A stretch of DNA of 64,000 nt, taken from the NCBI GenBank assembly GCA_002453155.1, contig DKGG01000023.1, forward strand, positions 13,785-77,784, written 5' to 3'. The notes beneath the pieces were generated by a model that saw nothing but the letters and a program-made list of their open reading frames with translations, was not told the DNA's origin and ran no database searches. Both the position numbers and the translations under genes were made by a program. The first letter of the stretch is position 1; every line of letters starts with the position of its first letter. Source of the DNA: Bdellovibrionaceae bacterium UBA6776 (lineage in GTDB: Bacteria > Bdellovibrionota > Bdellovibrionia > Bdellovibrionales > UBA1609). Below, piece by piece: positions 1-10,471 of the stretch.

Positions 1-538
1 AACTTTTAAAGTCCTCATCTTGAAGGTCCTCATTGGTCTTCATGATCAGGTGATCTTCTGAGGCCAGAGGAAAACCATCCCTTTCCAACTGCTCCAAAGT
101 TCCTTCTCTCATAAGGGAGTCACTGCGACCGGTCAGATAAAAAATTTCAGCACCATGGCGCATACACATCTGCACAAATTCATTTGCATTGGGATACAGA
201 AGATCGTGAACCAAAAAAGAATTTGAAAAAAAATTTTTTTTCCAAAATCCACGAATGGATTGGATGGCTTCAGGGGGAACGGCCATATTGAGCCGTTCCA
301 AAGGGGCACGGAATCCCCAATCAAAAGACTCCACTTGAATGGTTTGAAGTGCCTCAGAGAGTTCTGGGTGGGACGTTTTGAAGTTTTGCTCTTTTCCGAG
401 GGTTCTTAGGATGGCTTGAGTGCGAGAACTCACGCAATAGAGCGTGGAATCAATATCAAAAATGCAAGCGATGCCTGCGGAAGATTCACTCTGAATTTTA
501 TGGAGAAGTGGCTTTAATTTTGAGTCGTTTTGATTCAC
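1..538 (-). CDS. HAD-superfamily hydrolase (C-terminus runs off window)
   Basis: Manual translation of the minus strand from GTG 538 is open to position 1. The N-terminus has the HAD motif I in IACIFDIDSTLY. The ORF track omits it because it has no stop inside the window. Confidence 0.55.
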   Translation of the reverse strand, partial: MNQNDSKLKPLLHKIQSESSAGIACIFDIDSTLYCVSSRTQAILRTLGKEQNFKTSHPELSEALQTIQVESFDWGFRAPLERLNMAVPPEAIQSIRGFWKKNFFSNSFLVHDLLYPNANEFVQMCMRHGAEIFYLTGRSDSLMREGTLEQLERDGFPLASEDHLIMKTNEDLQDEDFKS

Positions 539-712
539 TTCTAAAGTCTTACAAATTGATCAATTTCTTGTCACTGAAAGAATTGAAAAGTGATTAACTT
601 TTTTCCCCTTGGATCCTGAAAAACTCTTTGTTTTCAACTGATTGAAGTTCGGTCAAGACCGTTGAGAGGGCCTTCTTTTTGGCCGATAGAACCCGGGAGC
701 AGAGGGGATTGC

Positions 713-1525
713 ATGAAAAAATACACTTTGTCTAAAAACGGTACAGAACTGGGACCATTTAACCTTGAAGAGGTTTTGCAAAAAATCACTCAAAGGGAAG
801 TGGAGCTGTTCGATTACGTCTTTGATGAGCAAAAAAACGATTGGGTGCTTTTGACCGAACATGCAGAAATCACTCAAGGTCTGAAGGCAAACAAACCTCA
901 AGGTCGTCCGCAAAAGGCAGTTGTCGAAGAGGTAAAAACGGAACAGACCCAAGCTTCCGAACCCGCTCCATTGAAGCTTCAGAAAGATCCCCATGGCGTG
1001 GAGTGGTTTGTGTTGAAAGGACAATCTCAGTTTGGTCCTTTCACCCAGCACGAAATGGTTCGCTTGATGCAAGAAAAATCGCTTTTTGAATTTGATTTTA
1101 TCTGGAACTCCTCCATGAAAGATTGGAAACGCTTGGTTGAAGTGAAGGAATTTTCTAAAGAAAACATTCAATCCCTTCTCAAAAACAAAACCACAAAGGA
1201 CTCTTTCTTTAGCCGTCAATACGAACGTACGCCCTTTGAAGGACGTGTCATTGTTCACAATCAAAACGAAATGTGGGTGGCCAGTGGGAAAGAAATCTCT
1301 CAAGGTGGAATGGGACTTTACATTGCCGACTCAATGATCGTTCCCGGTCAGGTTTTGAACTTTCATGTCAAAGGCCATGGAGACCAAGAGACCTTCAATG
1401 TGAAGGGGGAAGTGGTCAGCAAGCAGTTTCTAAAAGGGGCTCGCGGAAAGGGCCAGAAGATCGAATACGGAGTTAAATTTTTAACGGACAAACTTTCACA
1501 CAAAGAACTCAGCAAAGCAGGGTAA
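713..1525 (+). CDS. Tandem GYF_2-like domains plus C-terminal PilZ domain protein (putative c-di-GMP effector)
   Basis: ATG 713 (MKKYTLSKNG) follows a GGAGCAGAGGGGA purine tract. Two repeats of the pattern GPF..EE/HEM....G.I..D..VW...M.DW are present. The C-terminus has PilZ-type motifs RQYER and EISQGG. The stop lies 5 nt before the next gene. Confidence 0.7.
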   Translation: MKKYTLSKNGTELGPFNLEEVLQKITQREVELFDYVFDEQKNDWVLLTEHAEITQGLKANKPQGRPQKAVVEEVKTEQTQASEPAPLKLQKDPHGVEWFVLKGQSQFGPFTQHEMVRLMQEKSLFEFDFIWNSSMKDWKRLVEVKEFSKENIQSLLKNKTTKDSFFSRQYERTPFEGRVIVHNQNEMWVASGKEISQGGMGLYIADSMIVPGQVLNFHVKGHGDQETFNVKGEVVSKQFLKGARGKGQKIEYGVKFLTDKLSHKELSKAG

Positions 1526-1530
1526 TTAAG

Positions 1531-4509
1531 ATGGCAAAAAAGTTCCAAGTGACATTGATCTTATTTTTGAGTTTGAGTTCTGTTGCTTTTGCAAAGGACG
1601 CAAAGAATCCCAAAGTGGATCCCTTGCTCAAGAATCTTCAGTTTGTTGAAGGCGATGAGCGAGGCAATGAATTGAAGGCTTTGAAAACAGAGCTTTTAGT
1701 TTCACACTCCGAAGAGAAAGCCATCGAACAGGCGGCAAAGCTTGCGAAAAAGCACCGAGGAACAGCTTTGGAGCCAGATCTTCTTTTTCGACTGGCAGAA
1801 CTCTATATGAGAAAAGCCAAATCTGATCGATTTTTTGAAATTCACAGAGAATCCGAGACCATTGTTCGCCTTCTGCCTCGAGAATTGAAACAACGTTCTT
1901 CTCGAGCTACTGTGGGAAAAGCATTAAGCACGTACGATCAACTTCTGAAGAAATATCCTCGCTACCATCAAATCGACTTGGTGATTTTTAACTATGCTTT
2001 TGCCCACCAGTCCTTGGGACAAGGGGAACAGGCGGAAAAGCTTTATTGGACTTTGATTTCTAAACATCCTAGTTCGCAATTGGTTCCCGACGCCCACTTG
2101 GCCATCGGTGAAATTGCCTTTGAAAAGGGAAAGTTCAAACATGCATTGAATCACTTTTTGGCCATCGAAAAATATCCCAGTTCCAGAGTTTATCCTTATG
2201 GCCTGTATAAAGCCGCTTGGACCTACTACAACTTGAGAGATGCCAAATCCGGTTTGGCAAAACTGGAAGAAGTGGTTCGCTTTGGTGAGTACGTTTCTAA
2301 GAATCAAATTGAATCGCGGTTGGATCTTCGCAAAGAAGCATTGATGGACATGACTTTGTTTTTTACCGAAGTCTACAGTGCAAAAGACGCTTACGCGTAC
2401 TTTACAAAGCAGTCTGGGGAGATCGATGTGGCTCCTATCTTGATGAAGGTGGCCACCTTGTATGAACGCTACAGTCGTTACAATGATGTGAATGTAGTTT
2501 TAAATAGATTCATCGAAGAATTGCCTCTTAATGAATTGGTGCCAGAGGCCCACGAGAAATTGATCAGCTCTTATGAAAACGTGAAAAATCGGCCTCAAGT
2601 CATTGCTCAGATGGAAGACTTCTATGGAGTCTGTCAGCCCCAAAGCAAATGGTCGAAAGCCCATGCTCCGGTGCAGTCTGAAAACTCCAAAAAAGTTCCA
2701 GAAATCATGCAAAAGGCTTCTTGTGACGAAAGACTGTATGGGACGGCCTTGGAGTTGGCTCAAAAATGGCTTCGGATTTACAATAAGAACTCTTTCGAAT
2801 CCAGCTACGCAGATTTTTCGGAAAAAGCCTTTGAGATTTATTTGAGATCCAATACAAAGACCAAGGCCTTTTCAGAAGCTCGATTTCTTTATGCGGAATT
2901 GCTCTTTAAGAGAAAGAAATTTCGTAAGGCCAGCGAAGAGTATGCAGCGGTGGGATCCGCAGCAGGTTCTAAGATCTCCCATGATGCCTCTTATGCGGCG
3001 CTGTTAAGTTTGGAAAAGGCCGTTGGAGACAAATGGTCTGATGAGGACGAAAAGAGCTTTCACACGTTGGCACAGGAATATGTAAAGTCTCATCCCAAAG
3101 GGGCTTATCGAGTAGACATCGAATTTAAAATGGGTTTGTTGGCCTACGAGAAAGGTCGCTACGATGAAGCTGCACCTATCTTTTTAACTTTGGGTGAAAG
3201 GTATCCCAAGTCCGAAAAAGGTCAAAAGGCTCAAGACCTTTACTTAGACATTTTAAATATCAAAAAAGATTATGCCGGAATCAAAAACTATTCGGCCAAG
3301 TTGATCAAGTTGGGAGGCAAGGCCGATCGCATCGGCAAACTGAAGTCTCTTTTCGAAGAGTCTTACTTTATGCAAGTTCAGCTTCTTGAAGACAAAAAAG
3401 AATTCAAGAAGGCTCTTGCGGGTTACACCAGTTTTGTCAGAGAAAACCCCAGCTCCAAGTTGGCTCAACAAGCCATTTGGAACATCAGTCAGCTTCACTA
3501 CAATTTGGGAGATGAGTGGGAAGGCGCTCAGGCTTCTTTTGAGTTTGCTCAAAAATTCCCAAAGGCCAAAGAATCTCAGTCGGCTCTGATTCGTGCGGCA
3601 CAAAGTTTTGAAAAATTGGCTCAACTTCCTGAAGCTGCTCAAGTGCTCTCGGTTCTTGCGCAAAGAGATGCCAAGGAGTCAGACAAGTGGAAAGAGTTGT
3701 CCGCGGACTTCTACGCAATGAGTGGAAAGCCAGATCGCGCGCGGGAACTTTATCAAGATGTTGCCAAGAGAAAATCGAAAAAAGAATACGGCGAGTTTTT
3801 ACTCAAGCAAGAGGACTTCGAAAAGAACTACGGATCTCCAGGTCAATTGGCGGTCATTCGTAGACAGATTGTGTCCCATGGAGTTCAACCTGCGGCTCAC
3901 AATGCACGGGTGACCGAAATCGAAGAACTCTATGAGCGCAAAAAATCTTCAGATGCCTTTCACGAAGCTCGAAGAGCATTGGCTCTGAGTGGATGGGATT
4001 CCAGTCAAAAAGCGCGGTTGCGCTTTGTTCAAGCGCAGGTTTTGGTGGACGAGTTCCTCAGTCAAAGTGTCAAGGCCAGGGCAGATCGCATCGCTATGGT
4101 TTTGGCCATCAAGACGGAGAAATTAGAAAAAGCTCAGCAGGCCCTTCAAGCAGCTATGAAATACGGGGATTCTAAAGTGGCGGTCGGTGCCTCGCAAAAA
4201 CTTTATGAATGTTACAGTCACTATGTGGACGCACTCAAAACCATGCCTACGCCACAGGGTTTAAGCGGTGAGGACGCTCAAGTTTTTCGAAACGAAGTGC
4301 AGAATTTGATCATTCCACTGGAGGAAAAGAGCGTGGATACTTTGGCCCAGGCTCTTCGCTTTGCAAGGAAGAATCAAATGCTCGACGGATCCATTCAAAA
4401 CTTGGAAAGAGAGTTGGCCTCGGTCAACCAACGGGCCGACCAAGCTTCCACCTTGGAGTTTATCAAGCCTCAAATTGTCATTCCCCATTGGAAGGGAGCT
4501 AAGCTATGA
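1531..4509 (+). CDS. Secreted large TPR-repeat protein (AgmU/GltD-like by architecture and gene order)
   Basis: 992-aa ORF with signal peptide MAKKFQVTLILFLSLSSVAFA. The sequence is helical-repeat/TPR-like throughout. Its stop overlaps the next start as ATGA. Confidence 0.75.
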   Translation: MAKKFQVTLILFLSLSSVAFAKDAKNPKVDPLLKNLQFVEGDERGNELKALKTELLVSHSEEKAIEQAAKLAKKHRGTALEPDLLFRLAELYMRKAKSDRFFEIHRESETIVRLLPRELKQRSSRATVGKALSTYDQLLKKYPRYHQIDLVIFNYAFAHQSLGQGEQAEKLYWTLISKHPSSQLVPDAHLAIGEIAFEKGKFKHALNHFLAIEKYPSSRVYPYGLYKAAWTYYNLRDAKSGLAKLEEVVRFGEYVSKNQIESRLDLRKEALMDMTLFFTEVYSAKDAYAYFTKQSGEIDVAPILMKVATLYERYSRYNDVNVVLNRFIEELPLNELVPEAHEKLISSYENVKNRPQVIAQMEDFYGVCQPQSKWSKAHAPVQSENSKKVPEIMQKASCDERLYGTALELAQKWLRIYNKNSFESSYADFSEKAFEIYLRSNTKTKAFSEARFLYAELLFKRKKFRKASEEYAAVGSAAGSKISHDASYAALLSLEKAVGDKWSDEDEKSFHTLAQEYVKSHPKGAYRVDIEFKMGLLAYEKGRYDEAAPIFLTLGERYPKSEKGQKAQDLYLDILNIKKDYAGIKNYSAKLIKLGGKADRIGKLKSLFEESYFMQVQLLEDKKEFKKALAGYTSFVRENPSSKLAQQAIWNISQLHYNLGDEWEGAQASFEFAQKFPKAKESQSALIRAAQSFEKLAQLPEAAQVLSVLAQRDAKESDKWKELSADFYAMSGKPDRARELYQDVAKRKSKKEYGEFLLKQEDFEKNYGSPGQLAVIRRQIVSHGVQPAAHNARVTEIEELYERKKSSDAFHEARRALALSGWDSSQKARLRFVQAQVLVDEFLSQSVKARADRIAMVLAIKTEKLEKAQQALQAAMKYGDSKVAVGASQKLYECYSHYVDALKTMPTPQGLSGEDAQVFRNEVQNLIIPLEEKSVDTLAQALRFARKNQMLDGSIQNLERELASVNQRADQASTLEFIKPQIVIPHWKGAKL

Positions 4510-5432
4510 GATTTGCAATCTTCATCACGTTAAGCCTATTTTTGGTTTCTTGTGCCTCTGGGCCAGGTCGTAAAAAAGGACCTTCTCCTTATTCTGCGTC
4601 CTGGGAAGGAAAAACCTCCAGCGAAAAGGGGGATCCCAAAAAATGTCCTGCGAACAAAGATTATATGAAAATGCAGTGGAAGTCTTTGGTGGTTCTTGCT
4701 GGGAACTGTGTTCAAGCAAAGAACTTTTTTCAGTTGGAGAGAGTGGCAGATCAATTGGCAAAGATTGAGCCAGAATCTCATTGGGGATCTTATTATTTGT
4801 CATTGGCAGCGGAGTACCGAAAAGACTTGCCTCGTGCATTTTGGATGATCAACTTGGCCTTGAAAAAGGCTCCTGAAGATGGAATCGCACTTTTTCAACG
4901 AGCGCGTTTGTATTGGAATTCGGATCAAAAGGATTTGGCCCTGGTGGATTTAAAGGAAGCCGTGGAGCGCAATCCTTCCATTGTGGAAGCTCATGTGTTG
5001 CTCGGCCAAATCTACTTTACATTGGACGAAACTGGAAAAGCGAAATCCCACTTTCAGTCGGTCTTGGCTCGCGATGTAAGGAACTCGGATGCACTTTTAG
5101 GTATGGGGGAGCTGTACTTTAAAGGGCGTTCTTACGAGGACGCGTACAGCTATCACCGAAAAGCTTTGAGTCACAATCCACGTTTGGCTTTGTCTTTCTT
5201 GAGACTGGCACAGATTCAAGAGATCTATCAAAAAGATCTTCCGGCAAGTTTGGCCAGTTATAAAGATCTGATGAAGCGAGTGCGCTTAAGAAAAGTGGAT
5301 GGAGATTTGCCCATCAGCTTGGAAGATAAAATTAAAAACCTTTCAATGATCGTTGATCAAAATGTTGCGAAGTCTAAAGAGAAAACCAATGTTTCTCGAC
5401 GGGAACCCACGGGAAAGAAGGTGTCAAAATGA
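4506..5432 (+). CDS. TPR-repeat lipoprotein (AglT/GltE-like position)
   Basis: Lipobox LFLVSC after a short n-region, with TPR-like repeats. ATGA overlaps occur at both ends. Confidence 0.75.
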   Translation: MRFAIFITLSLFLVSCASGPGRKKGPSPYSASWEGKTSSEKGDPKKCPANKDYMKMQWKSLVVLAGNCVQAKNFFQLERVADQLAKIEPESHWGSYYLSLAAEYRKDLPRAFWMINLALKKAPEDGIALFQRARLYWNSDQKDLALVDLKEAVERNPSIVEAHVLLGQIYFTLDETGKAKSHFQSVLARDVRNSDALLGMGELYFKGRSYEDAYSYHRKALSHNPRLALSFLRLAQIQEIYQKDLPASLASYKDLMKRVRLRKVDGDLPISLEDKIKNLSMIVDQNVAKSKEKTNVSRREPTGKKVSK

Positions 5433-5674
5433 AACATTTGATTCGAATTTTCACACTGCTTGCATTGTTTATGAGTTTTTCAGTTTTCGCGAAAAAGGTG
5501 AAATATCGAAAAACTCAAGAAGTTAATTTTGATGGCTCAAGCATTGAGGGCGAGCACAGATCGCCCGACGGCGCTTATCTCCATCAAAAACGGGGGGTAA
5601 AGTTCATGCCCATGTACCGTGTCAATTTGCAACTTGAGAAGAGCATTTCAGATTCCGTAGAGTATTTGAGGTAA
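5429..5674 (+). CDS. Small secreted protein (GltF-like position)
   Basis: 81 aa with signal peptide MKHLIRIFTLLALFMSFSVFA. It is translationally coupled by an ATGA overlap with the upstream gene. Confidence 0.6.
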   Translation: MKHLIRIFTLLALFMSFSVFAKKVKYRKTQEVNFDGSSIEGEHRSPDGAYLHQKRGVKFMPMYRVNLQLEKSISDSVEYLR

Positions 5675-5678
5675 TTCT

Positions 5679-7190
5679 ATGAAGAGAGTCGCATTAAAAT
5701 TAGAGCATAGATATCAAAACAAACTGATTCGCGCCCATCTTTTGGAAGGCGAGGATAAAGTTTTAGTTGTGGGATCTTCTCGTGGTGCTCACCTGCGCTT
5801 GATGGGCGATGGGGTGAGTGGCATTCATGCGGCTTTTGAACGCTCGGGCGAAGAGTGGACCGTTTCAGACCTTGGAAGCGAAGAGGGCACTTGGATCAAC
5901 AAGCGCCCCATTGTGGAACATAAGATTTCTGGAGCCACAGTGATTCACATTGGTGGCCACCAAATCAAAGCCACTCCCCAAGCCATGGAGCGTCCTTTGT
6001 TTCATGGCGCGAAGACCGCACAGTCCGAGTCCGAAGGGGAAACCTACCACCAATTTGTGGTTTTGAAGGACGGCCATTTGGTGCGTTCAGAGTTGGTGGC
6101 GCCAAATTCCGATTGCAGCTATCAGATCAAAGGACAATTGAAGCACTTCAAAGCCCCAGAAGATTACAATTGGGTCGAGAGTGAAGTGGATGGATATGTG
6201 ATTCGTCAACGTCTTGTAAAGTCCCAAGTGATGGAGCAAGACCTGAAAGAGCGCATGAAGTCTTCTTTGGAGCCGCGAGTGCATGGTCCCATGATCTCTG
6301 CACTTTTGGTCTTCTTGTTGATTTTTGGATTTAGCTTTTTGATGCCTGGAGAGCCAGAAGATGAACTGAAAACAGTGATGCCTCCCGCAAACCAATTTAC
6401 CCGAATGATTTTTGATTCTAAAAAAATCAAATCGAAAAAGGCTCAAGCTGAAAAACTGCGAAAAAACATTGCCGGTCAATCCAAACAAGGTGTGAAGAAA
6501 AGCGCTCCCGGTGGAGATCAAGGCAAAGTAGCAGGTGGAAGCAAGAGCAAACGGCCCGGGGCCAAAGTGGTTTCGCGCATTCGTGCCGCGGGACTGGGTG
6601 CTTTGATTGGAAAGATTTCGAAACGTGCGGCCAAGAACACCGAACTTTTAGAAGCGGCCGGAGTTTCTCCGGATCAAAAATCAGGAAAAGCATTTTCACT
6701 GGGCGGAGGTTCAAGCTTGGACAAAGTGGGACCTCGTCAAGGAACCGGTGGCGGTGGAACCAAAAAGATCGCAGGACTTGGCACCAGCGGAAAAGGTGGC
6801 GGTTCTTCAGGGTATAAAGGCTCCGGTGCACTTTCCCTTGGAAACGTGGGAAATGCCGAAGTGGGAGTGATCGAAGAGGAGACCGAAGTGGACGGAGGTT
6901 TGGATCGCGACGTGATTGCACGAGTGATCAAATCTCAATTGGGTCAAATTCGTTATTGTTATGAAAGACAGCTCAGTGCAAACCCTGAGCTTTATGGAAA
7001 GGTTTTAGTTAAATTTACCATTGGGGGCACAGGTCAAGTTGTGGCTCAGATGGTAGGAAACACTTCGTTGAACAACGCCATGGTTGAAGGATGTATTTTG
7101 AGGCGTATCGCGGGATGGAAGTTTCCACAACCAAAAGGTGGAACCAACGTCCTTGTGAGCTATCCGTTTCTCTTCAAGAGTACTCGGTAG
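5679..7190 (+). CDS. FHA-domain / single-TM / TonB_C-like (AgmX-PglI C-terminal type) protein, GltG-like
   Basis: N-terminal FHA signature (GSSRGAHLRL..SGIHAAF...WTVSDLGSEEGTWINKRPI). A TM helix follows (ISALLVFLLIFGFSFL), then a K/G-rich linker. The C-terminal domain runs LDRDVIARVIKSQLGQIRYCYERQL...VSYPFLFK. Confidence 0.75.
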   Translation: MKRVALKLEHRYQNKLIRAHLLEGEDKVLVVGSSRGAHLRLMGDGVSGIHAAFERSGEEWTVSDLGSEEGTWINKRPIVEHKISGATVIHIGGHQIKATPQAMERPLFHGAKTAQSESEGETYHQFVVLKDGHLVRSELVAPNSDCSYQIKGQLKHFKAPEDYNWVESEVDGYVIRQRLVKSQVMEQDLKERMKSSLEPRVHGPMISALLVFLLIFGFSFLMPGEPEDELKTVMPPANQFTRMIFDSKKIKSKKAQAEKLRKNIAGQSKQGVKKSAPGGDQGKVAGGSKSKRPGAKVVSRIRAAGLGALIGKISKRAAKNTELLEAAGVSPDQKSGKAFSLGGGSSLDKVGPRQGTGGGGTKKIAGLGTSGKGGGSSGYKGSGALSLGNVGNAEVGVIEEETEVDGGLDRDVIARVIKSQLGQIRYCYERQLSANPELYGKVLVKFTIGGTGQVVAQMVGNTSLNNAMVEGCILRRIAGWKFPQPKGGTNVLVSYPFLFKSTR

Positions 7191-7232
7191 ATCACTTTTC
7201 CCGCGGCACACAACGTAGCTCTGGAGGGAGTT

Positions 7233-8027
7233 ATGATGCCTTGGAATATGAAAGTTATTTTGACAGCTCTTTTGAGTCTGTCCGTGAGTGTGGCATGGGC
7301 TGAGGATGCAAAGAAATCCTCTTCAAAGGCTTCCACTGAAAAATCTCAAGATAAAAAATCAGATAAGGTGGATATCACCGATCTGGAAAAAAAGTATTGG
7401 GCGCCCAAAGACACAGATTTTAGCGTGGTTCAAAACCGAACCTACGCAAAAGACGGTGCTTACTTTATCACCGCTCAAGGTGGACCTTTGGTGAATGACC
7501 AATACAGTGAGGGCTATCTTTATGGTGCCACGGCCAACTATTTCTTTAATGAGCGCTATGGAGTTCAGGCCACCTATCTGACTGCAGATTTGAAAGACAA
7601 CGTTTTTACAAAAAACCTCACCCAGTTTGGAAGTGGTGTGCAGCCGGATTTTGGCCGCTTTAAAAACTACTACGGAGTAGGGTTTAACTTCGTTCCTTTT
7701 TACGCAAAAATGAGCTTTATCGGTAAGAAGATTTTGTACTTCGACATGGTGATTACTCCCACACTGGGAATGACTTCCTATGATCAAATTTTGGAAGATC
7801 GCTCCATTTCAAAGTCTTCTCTGACCTATGGATTAGATATCAGCCAGTACTTCTTTTTGACCAGCAACTTTGCCATTCGCGCTGATTTGAAAAACCAATG
7901 GTTCAATGAGGAAGTGGTTTCCTACCGAGGAAACTCCGGAGCTGGAGTTTCAAAAGGTCAAAAGGTGAGAGATCAAAACACTCAGTTTACGACCTTTTTG
8001 CTCGGTTTGACCCTCTACTTTAAATAG
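7233..8027 (+). CDS. Outer-membrane beta-barrel protein (GltA/B/H-type candidate)
   Basis: GGAGGG RBS lies 7 nt upstream. It has a signal peptide ending AWA. Alternating aromatic/hydrophobic beta-strand pattern, with C-terminal LGLTLYFK. Confidence 0.7.
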   Translation: MMPWNMKVILTALLSLSVSVAWAEDAKKSSSKASTEKSQDKKSDKVDITDLEKKYWAPKDTDFSVVQNRTYAKDGAYFITAQGGPLVNDQYSEGYLYGATANYFFNERYGVQATYLTADLKDNVFTKNLTQFGSGVQPDFGRFKNYYGVGFNFVPFYAKMSFIGKKILYFDMVITPTLGMTSYDQILEDRSISKSSLTYGLDISQYFFLTSNFAIRADLKNQWFNEEVVSYRGNSGAGVSKGQKVRDQNTQFTTFLLGLTLYFK

Positions 8028-8035
8028 GATTTTTT

Positions 8036-10471
8036 ATGATGAATCGTTTGTGGATCGCTTTTATTTTTACCACTTTTCTTTCCGGTGTACCGGCTCACGC
8101 CATTATGCCTGAAGGCCATGATTTTCGCAGTCGTGTGGAGTCCACATGGACTGAAGTGAAAGAGAAAGTCACTCAAACGGTAGAGAAGTGGTGGAACAAA
8201 TTTAGCGAACCTTCTGAGCCAGAAAAAATTGAAGAGTCTCAGAAACAGCAAGTTGCACAGCCATCACCGGTTGCACCTGCGGTGGAGCCGGCTGTTGTGC
8301 CTTCGGAATATGCTCAGCCGGTCTTTCAAAAGGACTCTTCAGAGAGCACTTTGCAGGACGTGCAACAGGCCAAGGATCAAATCAAAAGCAAAAACTTTTA
8401 TGACGTTTCTGAAAAGGGACGTCCTGCCGATCCCAATTTGAAAGTCAGCTCGAAGGGCGTTCCTTATTTGAGTGCCAAAGAACTTGCCGCCATTAAGGAA
8501 ATTCCCGCTCTCAATGTAGGGCAAGAAGACCGAGTTTCCAAAGCCGATTACACTTTGCCAAAGCTTTCCTGGATGGCCCAAACGCCTCAAACTTTAAAAC
8601 CTCTCCCTTCTGCGGAGGAGTTGAACCGAGAAGATTTGAAAAAGGCTTTGGGCGGAAAGTTCCATTTGGCAGGCGCAGAGCGCGTCTTGAAGCCCACTTT
8701 CCAAAAGGTGGATCAAAAATTTACTTTGGAGATGGCCAAGAATTTTTCTTGGGCCGAGAAAGAAACTCTTGAAGTGGCTTTGAAGCCTTACAAGCCCTTC
8801 TCTGGAGAACAACTTCAAATGATTGCCGGTTTGATTCTTTTTGGCAAAGGCACTCACTGTCACATGGTGATGGGTTTGATGAGTGAACTTTCAAAAAAAG
8901 AAACCACCAAATATGAAGCCCTTTATCACTTGGGTGCTTGTGCGGATCAGTTGAAAATGAATGAAGCTGCGTTTAAATCGTTGAGTCAGATTTTGAAGAG
9001 CAAAAAGGTTCAAGAGTATGCTTCCGAAGCCTTGGAGCTTTTGGCTGTAGGTCTTCAAAAAGATTCTGAGAAAGATTTTTATGAAGTGGTGAAGAGGATT
9101 GATAACCTAGATTCCTTGCTGACAGAAAAAAGCCGTGGACCTGTTTATTACCGGATGGCAAAAGGAGCCTTTAAATCGGAGCACTTCAACCGGACCTGGC
9201 AGCACGCCAGCAAAGTTCCAGAGAGTTCAGATTATTGGGCGGAAGCACAATTGTTGGCTTCACTGGGATACTTCAATGCCAATAAGAAGAAGTTAGCCAT
9301 TGATAAGCTGATTGCTCTGGAGCAAAAATTGGAGCAATCCGGTTACAAAGACAACAACATCAAAGCTCTTGTGAAAACCAACTTGGCGCGAATGAAGTTC
9401 CTCCATGGAAACATTGCGGAAGCTGTGCCTTTGTATCTGTCGGTTCCAAAAGACCACGGATTGTGGGTGCAAGCGTTGATCGAGCAGGGTTGGGCGCAAC
9501 TCTATATGGATGATTATGCGGGAGCCATCGGTAACATGTACTCTTTGCATTCTCCCTATTTCAAAATCGTCTATCAGCCAGAATCCTTTGTGGTCCGAAC
9601 CATTGGTTATTTAAACATTTGCCAATACGGTGATGCCTACCGGACCTTAACTCAGTTAGAGCAGGATTATCGCAGTTGGAACCAGTCTTTGAATGCCTAT
9701 TTGAATTCCTCTCGCAAGCCGGCTCAAGTTTACTCCACAGTAAAGACCTATTTGAATGGAAAGAGCACAGACGATGTGGAAGGGGTGCCTCACCAGATCT
9801 TGCGTGAAGCGGCTCGTAACAAAGACTTTTTGAACTCTCAGACAGCCATCAACGAAAAGTCCGATGAAGTGCTTCGTTATGAAGGTGTGAACAGAAAAAT
9901 CAAAGAGGAAAAGGCGTCCATTCGCAGCCGTTCTTACCAAGCGAAAAAGCGTTTTGACCAGCACCGCGCCAACATCAAAGTGGCCATGGCAAAAAAGGAC
10001 AAAGCAGGGAACTTGGGTGAGTTGAAGAAGCTCTTCAACTACGAAAAAGAATTGATTATTGGACTTCGATTTCAGTTGGCCATTTTGGAGCAGAGCAGAC
10101 AGGGGTACCTGGACTTCCAAAAGGTCTCTCAAAAAGAAGTGGAGCAGACCAAGTCTGACTTGAAAGCGCTCGCGGCCAATCAATTGATGGATCGAATGAC
10201 CACCATGAAAAAACAAATGGCGCGCGTCTTAGACAACAACGAATTCCTTCGTTACGAAGTTTTTGCCGGAAGTGGTGAAAACATCAGATACCAAGTGGCA
10301 GGGGGAAAAGTGTCCAATGAGACGCGCATTCCTGCGAGCATTAAGCCTCAAAAATCTTTGAACTGGAGCTTCCAAGGGGAGTTTTGGGAAGATGAGATTG
10401 GAAACTATCGATCCTCTTTGAGAAACAACTGTCCACAAGACCAAGCCATGCTGTCTAAAGGAGAACACTAA
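8036..10471 (+). CDS. Secreted helical-repeat (TPR-like) protein with coiled-coil segment (GltC-like candidate)
   Basis: 811-aa ORF with signal peptide ending PAHA. TPR-like helical repeats occupy the middle. The stop overlaps the next start as TAATG. Confidence 0.7.
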   Translation: MMNRLWIAFIFTTFLSGVPAHAIMPEGHDFRSRVESTWTEVKEKVTQTVEKWWNKFSEPSEPEKIEESQKQQVAQPSPVAPAVEPAVVPSEYAQPVFQKDSSESTLQDVQQAKDQIKSKNFYDVSEKGRPADPNLKVSSKGVPYLSAKELAAIKEIPALNVGQEDRVSKADYTLPKLSWMAQTPQTLKPLPSAEELNREDLKKALGGKFHLAGAERVLKPTFQKVDQKFTLEMAKNFSWAEKETLEVALKPYKPFSGEQLQMIAGLILFGKGTHCHMVMGLMSELSKKETTKYEALYHLGACADQLKMNEAAFKSLSQILKSKKVQEYASEALELLAVGLQKDSEKDFYEVVKRIDNLDSLLTEKSRGPVYYRMAKGAFKSEHFNRTWQHASKVPESSDYWAEAQLLASLGYFNANKKKLAIDKLIALEQKLEQSGYKDNNIKALVKTNLARMKFLHGNIAEAVPLYLSVPKDHGLWVQALIEQGWAQLYMDDYAGAIGNMYSLHSPYFKIVYQPESFVVRTIGYLNICQYGDAYRTLTQLEQDYRSWNQSLNAYLNSSRKPAQVYSTVKTYLNGKSTDDVEGVPHQILREAARNKDFLNSQTAINEKSDEVLRYEGVNRKIKEEKASIRSRSYQAKKRFDQHRANIKVAMAKKDKAGNLGELKKLFNYEKELIIGLRFQLAILEQSRQGYLDFQKVSQKEVEQTKSDLKALAANQLMDRMTTMKKQMARVLDNNEFLRYEVFAGSGENIRYQVAGGKVSNETRIPASIKPQKSLNWSFQGEFWEDEIGNYRSSLRNNCPQDQAMLSKGEH

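Noticed and set aside
215-250. Apparent frameshift at the A8/T9 homopolymer (gaaaaaaaattttttttcc) in the HAD hydrolase gene
   Set aside because: Careful codon-by-codon retranslation shows the frame stays open through the tract (…GFWKKNFFSNSFLVHD…). My first reading miscounted the homopolymer.
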